From: a virus
Lineage: Duplodnaviria > Caudoviricetes
Length of the DNA stretch: 52,578 nt
Virus record (IMG/VR): IMGVR_UViG_3300044638_003693
Span: 1 to 52,578 of that record
Reading direction: 5' to 3' (one strand)
Both the position numbers and the translations under genes were made by a program. The notes under the pieces were generated by a model, which made no database searches, was not told the origin of the DNA, and was given only the letters and a program-made list of their open reading frames with translations. The stretch's first letter is position 1; each line of letters opens with the position of its first letter. Below are positions 6,491-15,300 of this stretch, piece by piece.

Positions 6491-7285
6491 CATTTTATTA
6501 CTCCACGCTTCTAGTTGTAGATATGACCATACTGCTAATTTAGATATTTCAACAGCGTCATCGGCTAATATCTTATCAAAGTCTAGGTTTGCCTGCTCGT
6601 ATACGGCTTTGTATCGGCTTCTTGCCTGTTCTTTCATACGCTTTGGGTATCGCGTAAGAGTGTTTGCGTGCCACACAATAGTCTCGCCCCTCATCATTGG
6701 CGAGAGCCAAGCAAGAGTAGCCATGGTTTTAAATGGGGAATTACGTATTAAATCGGGTTTAGCCAGCCCTGCGGTGTGGAATTGAGTGCCATGCTTATCC
6801 GCGTAGCTTCTCATCTGCGCTGCGAGTCGAGCGTTATCCTCGTAGTCACTTCCGTGGATAAAAACATTTAAATACCTAGTAGCAAGGCTTTCTAGGTCGC
6901 CACCCGTATAAACTGCAGCAAACTTCTCATCAGGAACTTCTGCCCAGACTGTTGCTCGCTGCTGGTCAATGAACTCTTGGGTAAGGTCTGGGTGGGTTAC
7001 CTCGGTAAATAGGGTAATCCTATCTAGGTTCTCGGCAATAAATGTTTCATAGTCAGCGCAAAAATCTTCTAACTCTTCCCTGCTGAGTGAAGCGGCCGCA
7101 GGTATTCCAGGGGTTACAAATACCTCAACACCCTCAAGAAAATAGTTTTCTAGCAAATATTTCTTGGTTTTAGGCAATCCGCGCTTCATTAGCCCCCAAA
7201 CACTGACTCCCATCCTGGTTGCGTGTGCTTGTTCTAGGATTAGACGATTGCTAGGGACTTCTGCGCCCAAATAAACTATTTTCAT
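5840..7285 (-). CDS. Degenerate TGT/DpdA-like TIM-barrel protein fused to a C-terminal Cys-rich domain
   Basis: Motif order matches phage TGT-like proteins (KIVYLG...VFVTPG...YETFI...LFTEVT...QFHTAG...PFKTMATLAW...G). C-terminal CNTC-x5-C-x8-C. Confidence 0.5.
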   Translation of the reverse strand: MKIVYLGAEVPSNRLILEQAHATRMGVSVWGLMKRGLPKTKKYLLENYFLEGVEVFVTPGIPAAASLSREELEDFCADYETFIAENLDRITLFTEVTHPDLTQEFIDQQRATVWAEVPDEKFAAVYTGGDLESLATRYLNVFIHGSDYEDNARLAAQMRSYADKHGTQFHTAGLAKPDLIRNSPFKTMATLAWLSPMMRGETIVWHANTLTRYPKRMKEQARSRYKAVYEQANLDFDKILADDAVEISKLAVWSYLQLEAWSNKMELVTNSDDTLPPQKAETTPLDVTKRGVEQRKVQGRNPDEMRTLPVLNIDFTRVIETDENGIDVVKDVPVARSSGSSLRQCNTCFVKDSCPAAKPDSACAFNLPVELKTKEQLKALINAFLEIQGQRVAFAKFTEDINGGYPDPNVGQEIDRFFKMLEQINKLDQSKETIRITAERSGGSGVLSALFGDRAQVLNELPNGGMNEQQTNRIIEQINPE

Positions 7286-7746
7286 TGGTTGCCAATCCTT
7301 TTGTCGTCTATCATCAGGTCTACTTGTCGGTCTAACTCTCCGACCAGAGCTTCCCAGGTCTTGCGTCCGCTGCGTCCGTCTGGTCTGAACTTAGCGTTTA
7401 AATAGATTGGGTGTAGGAATAGTAGGGTTTTAATGCCCTTTTCTATTAATTTGGTAGCCAACTCCACATCGGCTGTGACAACGAGATGCAGCGGCCCCTG
7501 TGCCTGCTGGTGTTGGACTTTTAATACGTCTTTGTCCTCGTATTCGCCTATCGTGGCGTTAGAGATAAAGCCGTCAACCTCTTTGAGGTTGTTCTCTTTA
7601 CACCAGCGAACCGCTTCGTCCTGCTCATCGCAGGCAAGCATTACTGTGCCGTTGACGTTGAGCGACTTATATAGAGAAATCCCCTCATAAATAGGGGTTC
7701 TACTGCTAGAGCGGATAACGCCGTCCATAAATACGACTATTGCCAC
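7282..7746 (-). CDS. HAD-like fold protein (motif I degenerate)
   Basis: N-terminal IVVFMDGVI resembles hhhDxDGV but lacks the first Asp. Confidence 0.5.
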   Translation of the reverse strand: MAIVVFMDGVIRSSSRTPIYEGISLYKSLNVNGTVMLACDEQDEAVRWCKENNLKEVDGFISNATIGEYEDKDVLKVQHQQAQGPLHLVVTADVELATKLIEKGIKTLLFLHPIYLNAKFRPDGRSGRKTWEALVGELDRQVDLMIDDKRIGNQ

Positions 7747-7761
7747 GATTTAATCTTTCTG

Positions 7762-8652
7762 TTATTGCTTGTAAGTTGCTGCTCGTCTAATTAAGGTCTT
7801 GGTGTCGGGCAGGTCTACGCCGTAGGTGCTCTTAGTGGCCTCTTCGGACTGCTGTTCCATCTCTTTTTTTATGCCGCGCAATGCCTGAACTGCGCCGTTT
7901 CTTTTATTTGATTGCCAGCGGTAGTTATTAAAGTCAGAGTAGCCCTGGCCTTCTGAACTAAATGCCGAAGACCTATTTTCGTGGATGTCTTGATACAGCG
8001 CCAAAGCCTGTGAAGCCGCAACGCGCATCTCCGAGCGGGCGTTAGCCTTTACAGCCTCGTTGGTTGCTTGGGTGAACTTGTTTTTAGATGATATAAACCT
8101 AGTTAAAATCTCGATAACGCCACTTCTGTCACGGTCAACGAGTTTGTCCCACTCAGGAACTTCTTGCTGTGACATTGGAGTTGGCGCTACTGTCCAGTTG
8201 TCGTTGGTCAATGAGTAAGCGGCGTAAGGCTTAATCTCTAGGATGGTTGGTGAAACAATAGCAAAGAAGGTTAGCTCAAACGTGCCAAGGAATAGCTCCG
8301 TTAGCGGTTGCAGGTCGTTCCTGAACCCCTCATTTAGCATTTCCGCAATTTCTTTATCGCTAAGACCGCGGTAGTTATTATTTGATTGTCTGAACCTTGG
8401 ATAGTTGATGCCTACCAAGCAGTCCAGGTCTCCTGGCTCACGATTAGCGGCCCATTGGTATGAAACACCAGAACCGGCCAGCCAAGCCGTTAGCCAGCCG
8501 TCTGCGGCTGTATACGAGGCATTTAAATGGTTTAATAGCAACTGCAAAATAGCAGAACGCACAGACGAATCTAGTTTGCCATTCCTAAACAGCCGCGGGT
8601 CCAAACCTGCAGCCGGCGGGCTGAAGTAGGAGGTCTCCGTCGGTTGTAGCAT
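7762..8652 (-). CDS. Pol-beta-superfamily nucleotidyltransferase
   Basis: LAGSGVSYQW...GDLDCLV (GS...DxD) plus a third acidic residue in FELTFF; helical C-terminus. Confidence 0.8.
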   Translation of the reverse strand: MLQPTETSYFSPPAAGLDPRLFRNGKLDSSVRSAILQLLLNHLNASYTAADGWLTAWLAGSGVSYQWAANREPGDLDCLVGINYPRFRQSNNNYRGLSDKEIAEMLNEGFRNDLQPLTELFLGTFELTFFAIVSPTILEIKPYAAYSLTNDNWTVAPTPMSQQEVPEWDKLVDRDRSGVIEILTRFISSKNKFTQATNEAVKANARSEMRVAASQALALYQDIHENRSSAFSSEGQGYSDFNNYRWQSNKRNGAVQALRGIKKEMEQQSEEATKSTYGVDLPDTKTLIRRAATYKQ

Positions 8653-8856
8653 TTATTCCTCGTTGTCTTCTTTTTTAATCTTTGGCTTAATAACTGAATC
8701 TCGTCTGGCTTTTCCTGTTTCATCAGCAGCACTGCTCATGTATCCACAAACTGTATGCGCGTTTGCAAACCTGCTAGACATCAACATCGTGTAGGTATCG
8801 TTCACCCCATCCATCTGGACGGCAGCACCGCATTGGCATGACATCTCAATGAACAT
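8653..8856 (-). CDS. Small hypothetical protein (CxC...HxxC)
   Basis: Abuts neighbours, GAGGAG SD, TTG start. Confidence 0.65.
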   Translation of the reverse strand: MFIEMSCQCGAAVQMDGVNDTYTMLMSSRFANAHTVCGYMSSAADETGKARRDSVIKPKIKKEDNEE

Positions 8857-8874
8857 TTTGGGCTCCTCTATACG

Positions 8875-9153
8875 TTATTTTGCCTTAGTACTATCATCGC
8901 TGGTTGGGGCGCTTTCCCGCTGGTTATCCGCCGAGAAGTTTTCTACCAGCAGTGTAACGACATTAGCCGCAATGTCCTGCTGGGTGATAATATTAGCGAT
9001 TTCCTGGCAGCCGATACGGATATCTAGGCGCGTAGCCTGTGCCTCTGCGGTTATGGGGGTGGCTAGGTCTGTGGTTACGCGCCAAGTGCCGTCAATCTCC
9101 TTAATCATAAGGAAGGCAGTAGGGTAGGTTTGGATTTCTGGTGTCTCTGACAT
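8875..9153 (-). CDS. Hypothetical protein
   Basis: TAATG coupling with the upstream gene. Confidence 0.7.
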   Translation of the reverse strand: MSETPEIQTYPTAFLMIKEIDGTWRVTTDLATPITAEAQATRLDIRIGCQEIANIITQQDIAANVVTLLVENFSADNQRESAPTSDDSTKAK

Positions 9154-9665
9154 TATGTGTATAGTCCTTGCTGGTCGTTGTGCTTTTGCATATTAAAGGA
9201 TTTGACTGGGCAGAAGTCGCATAGGTAAATCTTTGGTCCACTGCCGATGGTAGGCAGGCCAGCGGCTCGGCGCTCTTGCTCAGTCTTAGGTGATAGCCAT
9301 TTCTTTTCAGACTTGTAGTCTGGGCATTGACCCTTCGGGCGCAAGTGCAGGCTAAAGCACTCCATAGCGTCCTCGGCAAACTGGCTCTTAGTCTCGTAGA
9401 ACTTGGTTCCAAACGCGTTAAGACCCGAGCCCACCTTGTCGTGGATTTGCTCGATTACGGCCTTCTTCATTTCTGGGGCCATCCAGATACCCTTTGGCAC
9501 GTTCCATAGAACTCCGTAGTGGGTGTCGCTGTGACGCTCTGCTGCAATAGTCAGCAGGACATCGCCTGGGTCTTCGTCAGCGCCTGGTAGTTCCTCGATG
9601 GTCGAGCAGGTACGGCAGACTAGAAGACGAAAATGTGGCTCTTGCTCGGCAAGTGGGTTGCTCAT
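9153..9665 (-). CDS. Cys/His-rich hypothetical protein
   Basis: CRTC...H, C...H...C...CDFC; AGGAG SD; TGATAGGCT extended -10 upstream near 9692-9700. Confidence 0.8.
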   Translation of the reverse strand: MSNPLAEQEPHFRLLVCRTCSTIEELPGADEDPGDVLLTIAAERHSDTHYGVLWNVPKGIWMAPEMKKAVIEQIHDKVGSGLNAFGTKFYETKSQFAEDAMECFSLHLRPKGQCPDYKSEKKWLSPKTEQERRAAGLPTIGSGPKIYLCDFCPVKSFNMQKHNDQQGLYT

Positions 9666-9726
9666 ATAATGCTCCTAATAGATAGACCGTCAGCCTATCA
9701 TACAACTACAAATAATAAAAGTGGAA

Positions 9727-10485
9727 CTAGGCTGCTGCGCCGCGTCCCTGGCTTAGGCCATTCTGCAATTCGGCGTTTCTAGATGTTGATTTAGCGGCAA
9801 CCGCTGTTCTTTGAACAGCACGCTCGTGAGGGGCATCAGTGTACTTCTTACCCGCTGGGTCTCCAGCAGCGGTGCAGTCTGTACAGGTAATCTCTGAAGT
9901 GTTGTTGTTACATCCTGGAGTAGCACAACGCTGGCTGTCTAGGCCGCTTCCTCCGCTGTATTGGGATATTACACCGATGGTGGCGCGGTCTTTTTCCTCT
10001 TGCTTTACAACGTTCTTTTTAGGCCTTCCGCCAGTGTCTCTAATTGCTTTGACTGCATCTAGCCTTCTCTGAGCCGCAGAAGCCGAGGTCAACTGTCTTG
10101 AGGTAGCGCGAGGTAGTGGGGCGTCAGCGCCTTTAAACACGTTAGGGTCTTCTACTACGCCCTTTTTAACGTCACGCTTAGTAGGCGTATACCTTGCACC
10201 TGCACGGTACTTTAACGCAAATGGGTCGCCCTCGGCTTTCTCCATTTTTTTGAAGTCTCTGCTTGCCTCGGCGTTGATTTCGCGCATAGACTTTTTCTGG
10301 CCAGTGGCCTCTGGGGCTACGTTCTCATATAGGTCTGTAGGTAGTTCAACAACGTCTTCTTGATACCTTTTACCCTGTTTAATGACCTTCTGTATTTCAG
10401 ACTTAGTCTGCCTACGAGTTGTAGGCCTTTGACCTGGGGCCTTGGCGGTTACGTCACCAATAACCCTTTTACCTTTACGTGCCAT
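9727..10485 (-). CDS. Basic hypothetical protein with C-terminal Cys4 motif
   Basis: 252 aa; CATPGC...CTDC. Confidence 0.75.
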   Translation of the reverse strand: MARKGKRVIGDVTAKAPGQRPTTRRQTKSEIQKVIKQGKRYQEDVVELPTDLYENVAPEATGQKKSMREINAEASRDFKKMEKAEGDPFALKYRAGARYTPTKRDVKKGVVEDPNVFKGADAPLPRATSRQLTSASAAQRRLDAVKAIRDTGGRPKKNVVKQEEKDRATIGVISQYSGGSGLDSQRCATPGCNNNTSEITCTDCTAAGDPAGKKYTDAPHERAVQRTAVAAKSTSRNAELQNGLSQGRGAAA

Positions 10486-10487
10486 GA

Positions 10488-10694
10488 TTACTTACCTGGG
10501 TTTACCTTGTTTGGGTCTTCGCTGTTTACAAATCCATAGTTCCAGTATGGGTGTAGACCTTCGCGGTTTGCCTTTACAGTCTGGTCACCTGCGCCAGGCT
10601 GCACCTGGGTGTTAGGGCGTGCCTTACGGTACTTACCGTCAGTTGCGCCCTCTAGTAGGCTTTCGTTCTCTGAACGTGATTGGTTAACTGCCAT
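10488..10694 (-). CDS. Hypothetical protein
   Basis: AAGGA SD, tight packing. Confidence 0.75.
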   Translation of the reverse strand: MAVNQSRSENESLLEGATDGKYRKARPNTQVQPGAGDQTVKANREGLHPYWNYGFVNSEDPNKVNPGK

Positions 10695-10704
10695 TTTATT
10701 TTCC

Positions 10705-10917
10705 TTACGCCATCCTGTTAGATAGTTGTTTTGATGCCTTACCCCGTGAACACGGCTGGCATATGTCTGAATGTAGGGCTACTGCGGGGTTGATAATCAC
10801 TCCACAATCGACGCAACCCTTGCTTCCGTTGTAGATGGTTGTCTTTAGGTCAGTTGGGTATGGCGTAGGGTACGCGGTACCATCGCCTGTTGGGTCTACA
10901 AAATTTAACTGAACCAT
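10705..10917 (-). CDS. Small Zn-ribbon protein
   Basis: CVDC...CQPC. Confidence 0.7.
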   Translation of the reverse strand: MVQLNFVDPTGDGTAYPTPYPTDLKTTIYNGSKGCVDCGVIINPAVALHSDICQPCSRGKASKQLSNRMA

Positions 10918-10926
10918 TTAAATATT

Positions 10927-11283
10927 TTACACCTGACCTAGGGTGTTTCGTGAGGTAGACTCCATCGTAGTTGGGGCCCCGCTGAAATCTGTTCTCTGGC
11001 TAGAACGGCCGCTAACCTGGATAATGTCGGTAATACCGTATTCAAACTGGCTAAAACCGTATCTGTCTGGGAACAACTCAATTTGTGGCAGGTTGGGGCG
11101 AACATACTGTTGCACCTCTGCTGCGGTCATCTGGGCCACCTGCATTGCTTGGGTTAGTAAGCGTTCCTGGTTAGACGCAAAAGGGCCAATGTACGCCTGT
11201 GGCGGCATCGCTGCTTGAACTGGGACGCCAACGGCCTTGTCCCAGGCACGGAAACCATATTTACCGTTTGGAATATTAGGCAT
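10927..11283 (-). CDS. Hypothetical protein
   Basis: Overlaps the upstream stop, AAGGA SD. Confidence 0.75.
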   Translation of the reverse strand: MPNIPNGKYGFRAWDKAVGVPVQAAMPPQAYIGPFASNQERLLTQAMQVAQMTAAEVQQYVRPNLPQIELFPDRYGFSQFEYGITDIIQVSGRSSQRTDFSGAPTTMESTSRNTLGQV

Positions 11284-11575
11284 TTGGGTCCTTTTGACCT
11301 ATGGCTGGTGGGGTTCCCCTGCCGTGCAAAAATTCTGCGGTGCGGTTTCTTACTTGCTGAACGGCGGTGTTTACCACATTACGTACTACTGGTGCAGCGG
11401 CGTCATAAACAGCGCCTACTGCCTGGTCTCTACGGCCGCCAAAACTAGGGACTCCAGCGCCAGCAACGGCAGCCTGGGCAACCTCTTTGCCTGTTCCGCC
11501 TTCTTTAGCCTTCTTAATACCTGCGACTGCTGCGCCTCCTAGGGCAGCTCCTATTCCTCCTGGAATCTTAGGCAT
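11276..11575 (-). CDS. Gly/Ala-rich hypothetical protein
   Basis: Coupled overlaps at both ends. Confidence 0.7.
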   Translation of the reverse strand: MPKIPGGIGAALGGAAVAGIKKAKEGGTGKEVAQAAVAGAGVPSFGGRRDQAVGAVYDAAAPVVRNVVNTAVQQVRNRTAEFLHGRGTPPAIGQKDPNA

Positions 11576-11819
11576 TGTGGTCCTTTCCGTGGGTAAAATC
11601 TTCTAGTCTGCCAGTCACGGGGTCGCCCGATGGGTCTGGCTTACCGTGCCAAATGGCAGACGCTCTTTTTTCAATTCGGCCTGGGTGAGCAGACAACTCA
11701 TGGTTTAGTATGGCTGTCTGAACATAGGTATCTGGAACAGCAGGAATGGCATCCCTATCTAAAACTCTGTACTTACTTTCAGACCTGCAATGCGGGCAAC
11801 TAACGGTTACTTTTTCCAC
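11568..11819 (-). CDS. Small hypothetical protein (CPHC...H...H)
   Basis: GTG start overlapping the upstream TAG. Confidence 0.7.
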   Translation of the reverse strand: MEKVTVSCPHCRSESKYRVLDRDAIPAVPDTYVQTAILNHELSAHPGRIEKRASAIWHGKPDPSGDPVTGRLEDFTHGKDHNA

Positions 11820-12352
11820 TACTTCCAGCCCGGCTTCATGTTGCGGAGCTGTGATTGGCGCACCTGGTTGACTTGGTATGGCGAGTCTGACTTAGCAAGT
11901 GGTCCAGCCTTACCATCGTTAGGAAGGTGAGGAGCAGGTGCCAAAAGGAAGGCTGGGGAAAATCGAGGAACTGGCACGCCTCTTTTGGCGGCAGCCATTT
12001 GGCGTTTGATACCGCGGTCTGCGGTTAAATTAGTTGGTAGGTAGTAGTCGTTCTGGTCAATGCGCTCACCACGGTGAACACCACGCTGGTATCCGCGCTG
12101 GGTTTGGCGAACCTTTAGGCCCTGTAATACCTGCTCAGATACGCTGTTTGGGCGACCACGGTCGTCACGGCGTGAACGGATTGTGCCTAGATAACCGTCT
12201 GGGTACTCCGCTGACGGCTCTCGGCCCACGCCCATGCGTAGGAAGTCCATCTCCGAACGTGCAACTGCAACACCACCACCACCGTAGTTGGTGTAGGTGC
12301 CATACATGCCATTGGCACCTAAGGACTGTATATTTTGATTTGGGGCCGCCAT
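11819..12352 (-). CDS. Basic hypothetical protein
   Basis: 177 aa in operon context. Confidence 0.75.
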   Translation of the reverse strand: MAAPNQNIQSLGANGMYGTYTNYGGGGVAVARSEMDFLRMGVGREPSAEYPDGYLGTIRSRRDDRGRPNSVSEQVLQGLKVRQTQRGYQRGVHRGERIDQNDYYLPTNLTADRGIKRQMAAAKRGVPVPRFSPAFLLAPAPHLPNDGKAGPLAKSDSPYQVNQVRQSQLRNMKPGWK

Positions 12353-12369
12353 ACCACCAGTTTAATAAC

Positions 12370-13380
12370 TTATTTAGGCGATTGTGCCCTAAACTCACGG
12401 CCCATAAACACGGCCCACTCGTCAATGATTGGGACTGATAACAGGGTAAACTCGCCAGTGTCTTTGTACCAGGCAAACCCGATGCCCTGCTGCCAGTTCT
12501 CCCAGTATTTTACTGGCTTCTCGTTTGGGGTTACTCCGCCCTTTACGCTTGGAACTGACCCGTCAACACGACATAGGCATCCTGGGCTAAACGCCGCGTT
12601 CCTAGCGGCTCCTGTGCTTGTGTGGTTGGTGTGGTACAGCATCTCGATACGGTGGATGTGGCCGTATACAACAGACACGTGGTGGTTCGAGTTAATATAT
12701 TTCATTGCGGTGCTACCGCTGGAATTAACACGGTCGCCGTGGATGCACCGTAGGTTCTCGTTTAGCCAATATTCTCCCGCAGGATAACCGCTGGCGAATA
12801 CAATGTCTAGCTCGTCCATGCGTAGCAGGTGGGGGAGGCTATTGACCGGCCACTCATCTGGCGTTTCACCAGCTCGTTTCATGGTCACGGCTGCAGGTGC
12901 ATTCTCGCTCAAATATTTATTAATGCGGCAGTCGTGGTTGCCCTCGAGGAACACAATCTTTGCGTCCGGTACGGTTGCACGCTGTTGCGCCAGGTATTCG
13001 TAGGCACGCTGTAGTGCGAGGTTTGTCGAGTTCTGGAATGCGATTTCCTGATGGTGGCGACTCTGCGCCGGTAGGTCAACGGTATCTCCCAGGTTTACAA
13101 TGGTGTCCACGCCGAACTGCTCATTAGCGTATGCCACAATTTGCATCGCAATGTCAATGGCTTTTTCGTCGTGGAACTCTATGACCGAACCGTCTTCGTA
13201 TACTCGGTATCCGATTTGGGTATCAGGTAAAAGCGCGGCTAATTTCCAGCCGTCGTTCTTATTTGGCTTGGTGATTGTAGATGGTTTGATTGTAAGTTTT
13301 TCTGCCCGCTTGTACGGCAGTGGGGCGTACGGGTCTTGCGCTAGTATTTCTTTAAGTACTTTGGCTAGACTGTCGGACAT
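12370..13380 (-). CDS. Calcineurin-like metallophosphoesterase
   Basis: PDTQ, LGDTVD, EGNHD, IHGD and YGHIHR motifs. Confidence 0.9.
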   Translation of the reverse strand: MSDSLAKVLKEILAQDPYAPLPYKRAEKLTIKPSTITKPNKNDGWKLAALLPDTQIGYRVYEDGSVIEFHDEKAIDIAMQIVAYANEQFGVDTIVNLGDTVDLPAQSRHHQEIAFQNSTNLALQRAYEYLAQQRATVPDAKIVFLEGNHDCRINKYLSENAPAAVTMKRAGETPDEWPVNSLPHLLRMDELDIVFASGYPAGEYWLNENLRCIHGDRVNSSGSTAMKYINSNHHVSVVYGHIHRIEMLYHTNHTSTGAARNAAFSPGCLCRVDGSVPSVKGGVTPNEKPVKYWENWQQGIGFAWYKDTGEFTLLSVPIIDEWAVFMGREFRAQSPK

Positions 13381-13607
13381 AGACATGCGCCTCTCATGTG
13401 GCTTGTGAATGCAGTGCGTTTAAAGGGTAAATCTGTGTTGTGGGATTTAACTGCTGCTAGTACCTGGGTCAGGTTTACGTTGGTGTTTCTTCGTAGACTT
13501 TCAAACACGGCCTGGAACTCTGCGTCTTGGGTTTGAGCCCAGACACCTACTACACAGCCTTCTAGCTCGGCCCTTTTGGCCAATGCCTTTAACTCATCAA
13601 TCAGCAT
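13365..13607 (-). CDS. Hypothetical protein (C...H-x3-C-x-C)
   Basis: ATG 13607 follows AAGGAGAGAG. Confidence 0.75.
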   Translation of the reverse strand: MLIDELKALAKRAELEGCVVGVWAQTQDAEFQAVFESLRRNTNVNLTQVLAAVKSHNTDLPFKRTAFTSHMRGACLCPTV

Positions 13608-13702
13608 CTCTCTCCTTAGTATTGCTATCAATACCTACACTCTAACACACGACACCGCGGAATGCCACAACTTGCCGAGACAAAATAATTACGCCAGAAA
13701 AC

Positions 13703-13728
13703 AAAAAACCCGCCATTGCTGGCGGGCT
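13703..13728 (-). terminator. Rho-independent terminator
   Basis: On the - strand GCCCGCCA-GCAA-TGGCGGGT followed by TTTTT. Confidence 0.85.
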
Positions 13729-13743
13729 CTTGTCTAAACGTAT

Positions 13744-14064
13744 TTAGTTGTAGTTAGTCATTCCCGCTTCAAAGTTTGGCTTTGTGCGGTTCAATGCTGA
13801 GGTGAACAGGCGACCGTTTCCCTGGGTTGCCCCAATCTGCGGGTCGCTCCATGCTGGCATCGAGGTGCGGATACCATAAGCAGCGCCGCCCTTTGCCTTG
13901 ACGTTACTACGTTCTGGGGCATCCTGTACGTAAGGGTCGGTACCGCCTTTGGCGTTACCGGTCTTCTTCATAAGCTTGCCCGACGTGCCCTCTGCCGAAC
14001 CGTTTTTAGCGGTCGTAGCGGCACTGTTCCCCATGGTAGGGAATTTGCTCTTTGGTTCGTTCAT
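13744..14064 (-). CDS. Hypothetical protein (possibly virion-associated)
   Basis: GAGGT SD, own terminator. Confidence 0.75.
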   Translation of the reverse strand: MNEPKSKFPTMGNSAATTAKNGSAEGTSGKLMKKTGNAKGGTDPYVQDAPERSNVKAKGGAAYGIRTSMPAWSDPQIGATQGNGRLFTSALNRTKPNFEAGMTNYN

Positions 14065-14126
14065 TAGTTACCTCTTTGGCCTAAAGGATTGATAATTTAA
14101 GGGTACAACCTAGAGCGGGTTTGTAC

Positions 14127-14408
14127 TTACTTAACTGATATTACTTTGAATACCATGGCGCTAATCTTGTCGCCGTTGCTTTCAACAGACGCGAAACCTG
14201 GTATACAAACGATGCTTATTCCTCGGGGGGCGGTATAGCCGCTGGCAATTGCAATCGCTTTTACGGCCTGGTTTACGGCTCCGGCACCTACGGCGCGTAG
14301 CTTAACCTGACCATTTTCGTAAATAGCGTGGGCAATAGCCGAGGCCACCGACTGGGGCGTGCTCCCTGCGCCTACGCGCAAAAAGTCTTCTTCTGGTGTT
14401 TCTGACAT
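14127..14408 (-). CDS. spoVS: SpoVS-family (Alba-fold) nucleic-acid-binding protein
   Basis: LRV...S.PQSVASAIA...RAVGAGAVNQAVKAIAIASGY...CIPGF is the SpoVS signature. Confidence 0.92.
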   Translation of the reverse strand: MSETPEEDFLRVGAGSTPQSVASAIAHAIYENGQVKLRAVGAGAVNQAVKAIAIASGYTAPRGISIVCIPGFASVESNGDKISAMVFKVISVK

Positions 14409-14487
14409 TAATACCTCTAATTGTGGTTGGGGTTCTCCCGCACTACCACTATAAAGGTATTTTGGCCCCTACCAGTGGGTTAACTGA

Positions 14488-14871
14488 CTATTTTTCTGGC
14501 CAGTCCCCATCGATTACCATAAGGGCAATAATGGCGTAATTGGCCATGTCCAGGAAGGAATCGCGCAGGCTCTCGTTTTTAGGCTCGACACCGCTGTCTA
14601 GCAGGTGGTTGATGCGGGCGCTCTTGTCGTGGATACGGACTCGTAGACCGTTCAGCGGGCCGCCAGGGGCGTTTGAAATGTTAGTAGGTCCGTAGTCCTC
14701 GTGCTTCTGTAGCAGCAGGGCCTTGGCTTCTTGGAACTTAAACTGCAGGGCGTCGTTGAACTCCTTGTTGGCACCGTTGTTGCGGACATTCTTCATCAGG
14801 TCTGTGGTTAGCTCAACAGGTATAACGCCGTTGGTATCAAAAATCCGTGAAAAGTCTTCATAGTTTGACAT
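14488..14871 (-). CDS. DUF1599 / nucleotide-modification-associated domain protein
   Basis: KHEDYG...RIHDKSAR...ESLRDSFLDMANYAII. Confidence 0.8.
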   Translation of the reverse strand: MSNYEDFSRIFDTNGVIPVELTTDLMKNVRNNGANKEFNDALQFKFQEAKALLLQKHEDYGPTNISNAPGGPLNGLRVRIHDKSARINHLLDSGVEPKNESLRDSFLDMANYAIIALMVIDGDWPEK

Positions 14872-15031
14872 TTGTTTTTCCTTTTTGTTTGGTTTTGGTA
14901 GCTAATTTGGAGGTGTCTTCTGGGAAACTGTGGCAGCTGCATTTGCAACGCAGCTCTGTTTCTGCGCTTCGGCTAATGGGACACATGTCGTGGTATCCGG
15001 TGTCGCAGTATCCTGTATTAGTTAGCGGCAT
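14858..15031 (-). CDS. 57-aa Cys/His microprotein (not in track)
   Basis: Hand-translated MPLTNTGYCDTGYHDMC...CKCSCH...; overlaps both neighbours. Confidence 0.6.
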   Translation of the reverse strand: MPLTNTGYCDTGYHDMCPISRSAETELRCKCSCHSFPEDTSKLATKTKQKGKTNVKL

Positions 15032-15176
15032 TGTTATCTATGCTAACTGCTATCAGTGCGACCGCTATTAATATTAAAATCGGCGATGCGGTGTTTCCTT
15101 CGGTTTGGATAGCAAACCCAAAAACACCTACAAACAAAATGCCGAGCGCAATACTACGCAACATGAACTTAATCAT
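15018..15176 (-). CDS. 52-aa two-TM membrane microprotein (not in track)
   Basis: MIKFMLRSIALGILFVGVFGFAI...PILILIAVALIAVSI. Confidence 0.6.
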   Translation of the reverse strand: MIKFMLRSIALGILFVGVFGFAIQTEGNTASPILILIAVALIAVSIDNNAAN

Positions 15177-15300
15177 CGGTGTAGTGGATATCGTCGTACG
15201 GGTCAGCGTTGAATATTACTGACAAGGTCATTGCTATGCCCACCCCTATTAAAATTAGCAGTGATAGCGCAGCAACTATTGTAATGATGGCTGTTAGCAT
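15169..15300 (-). CDS. 43-aa single-TM membrane microprotein (not in track)
   Basis: MLTAIITIVAALSLLILIGVGIAMTLSVIF... with GGGAG SD, directly after the ruvC stop. Confidence 0.65.
   Translation of the reverse strand: MLTAIITIVAALSLLILIGVGIAMTLSVIFNADPYDDIHYTDD

Noticed and set aside
5840-7285. Active 7-deazaguanine DNA modification pathway
   Set aside because: Catalytic Asp positions appear to be lost, and no folE/queC/queD/queE genes are in the window.
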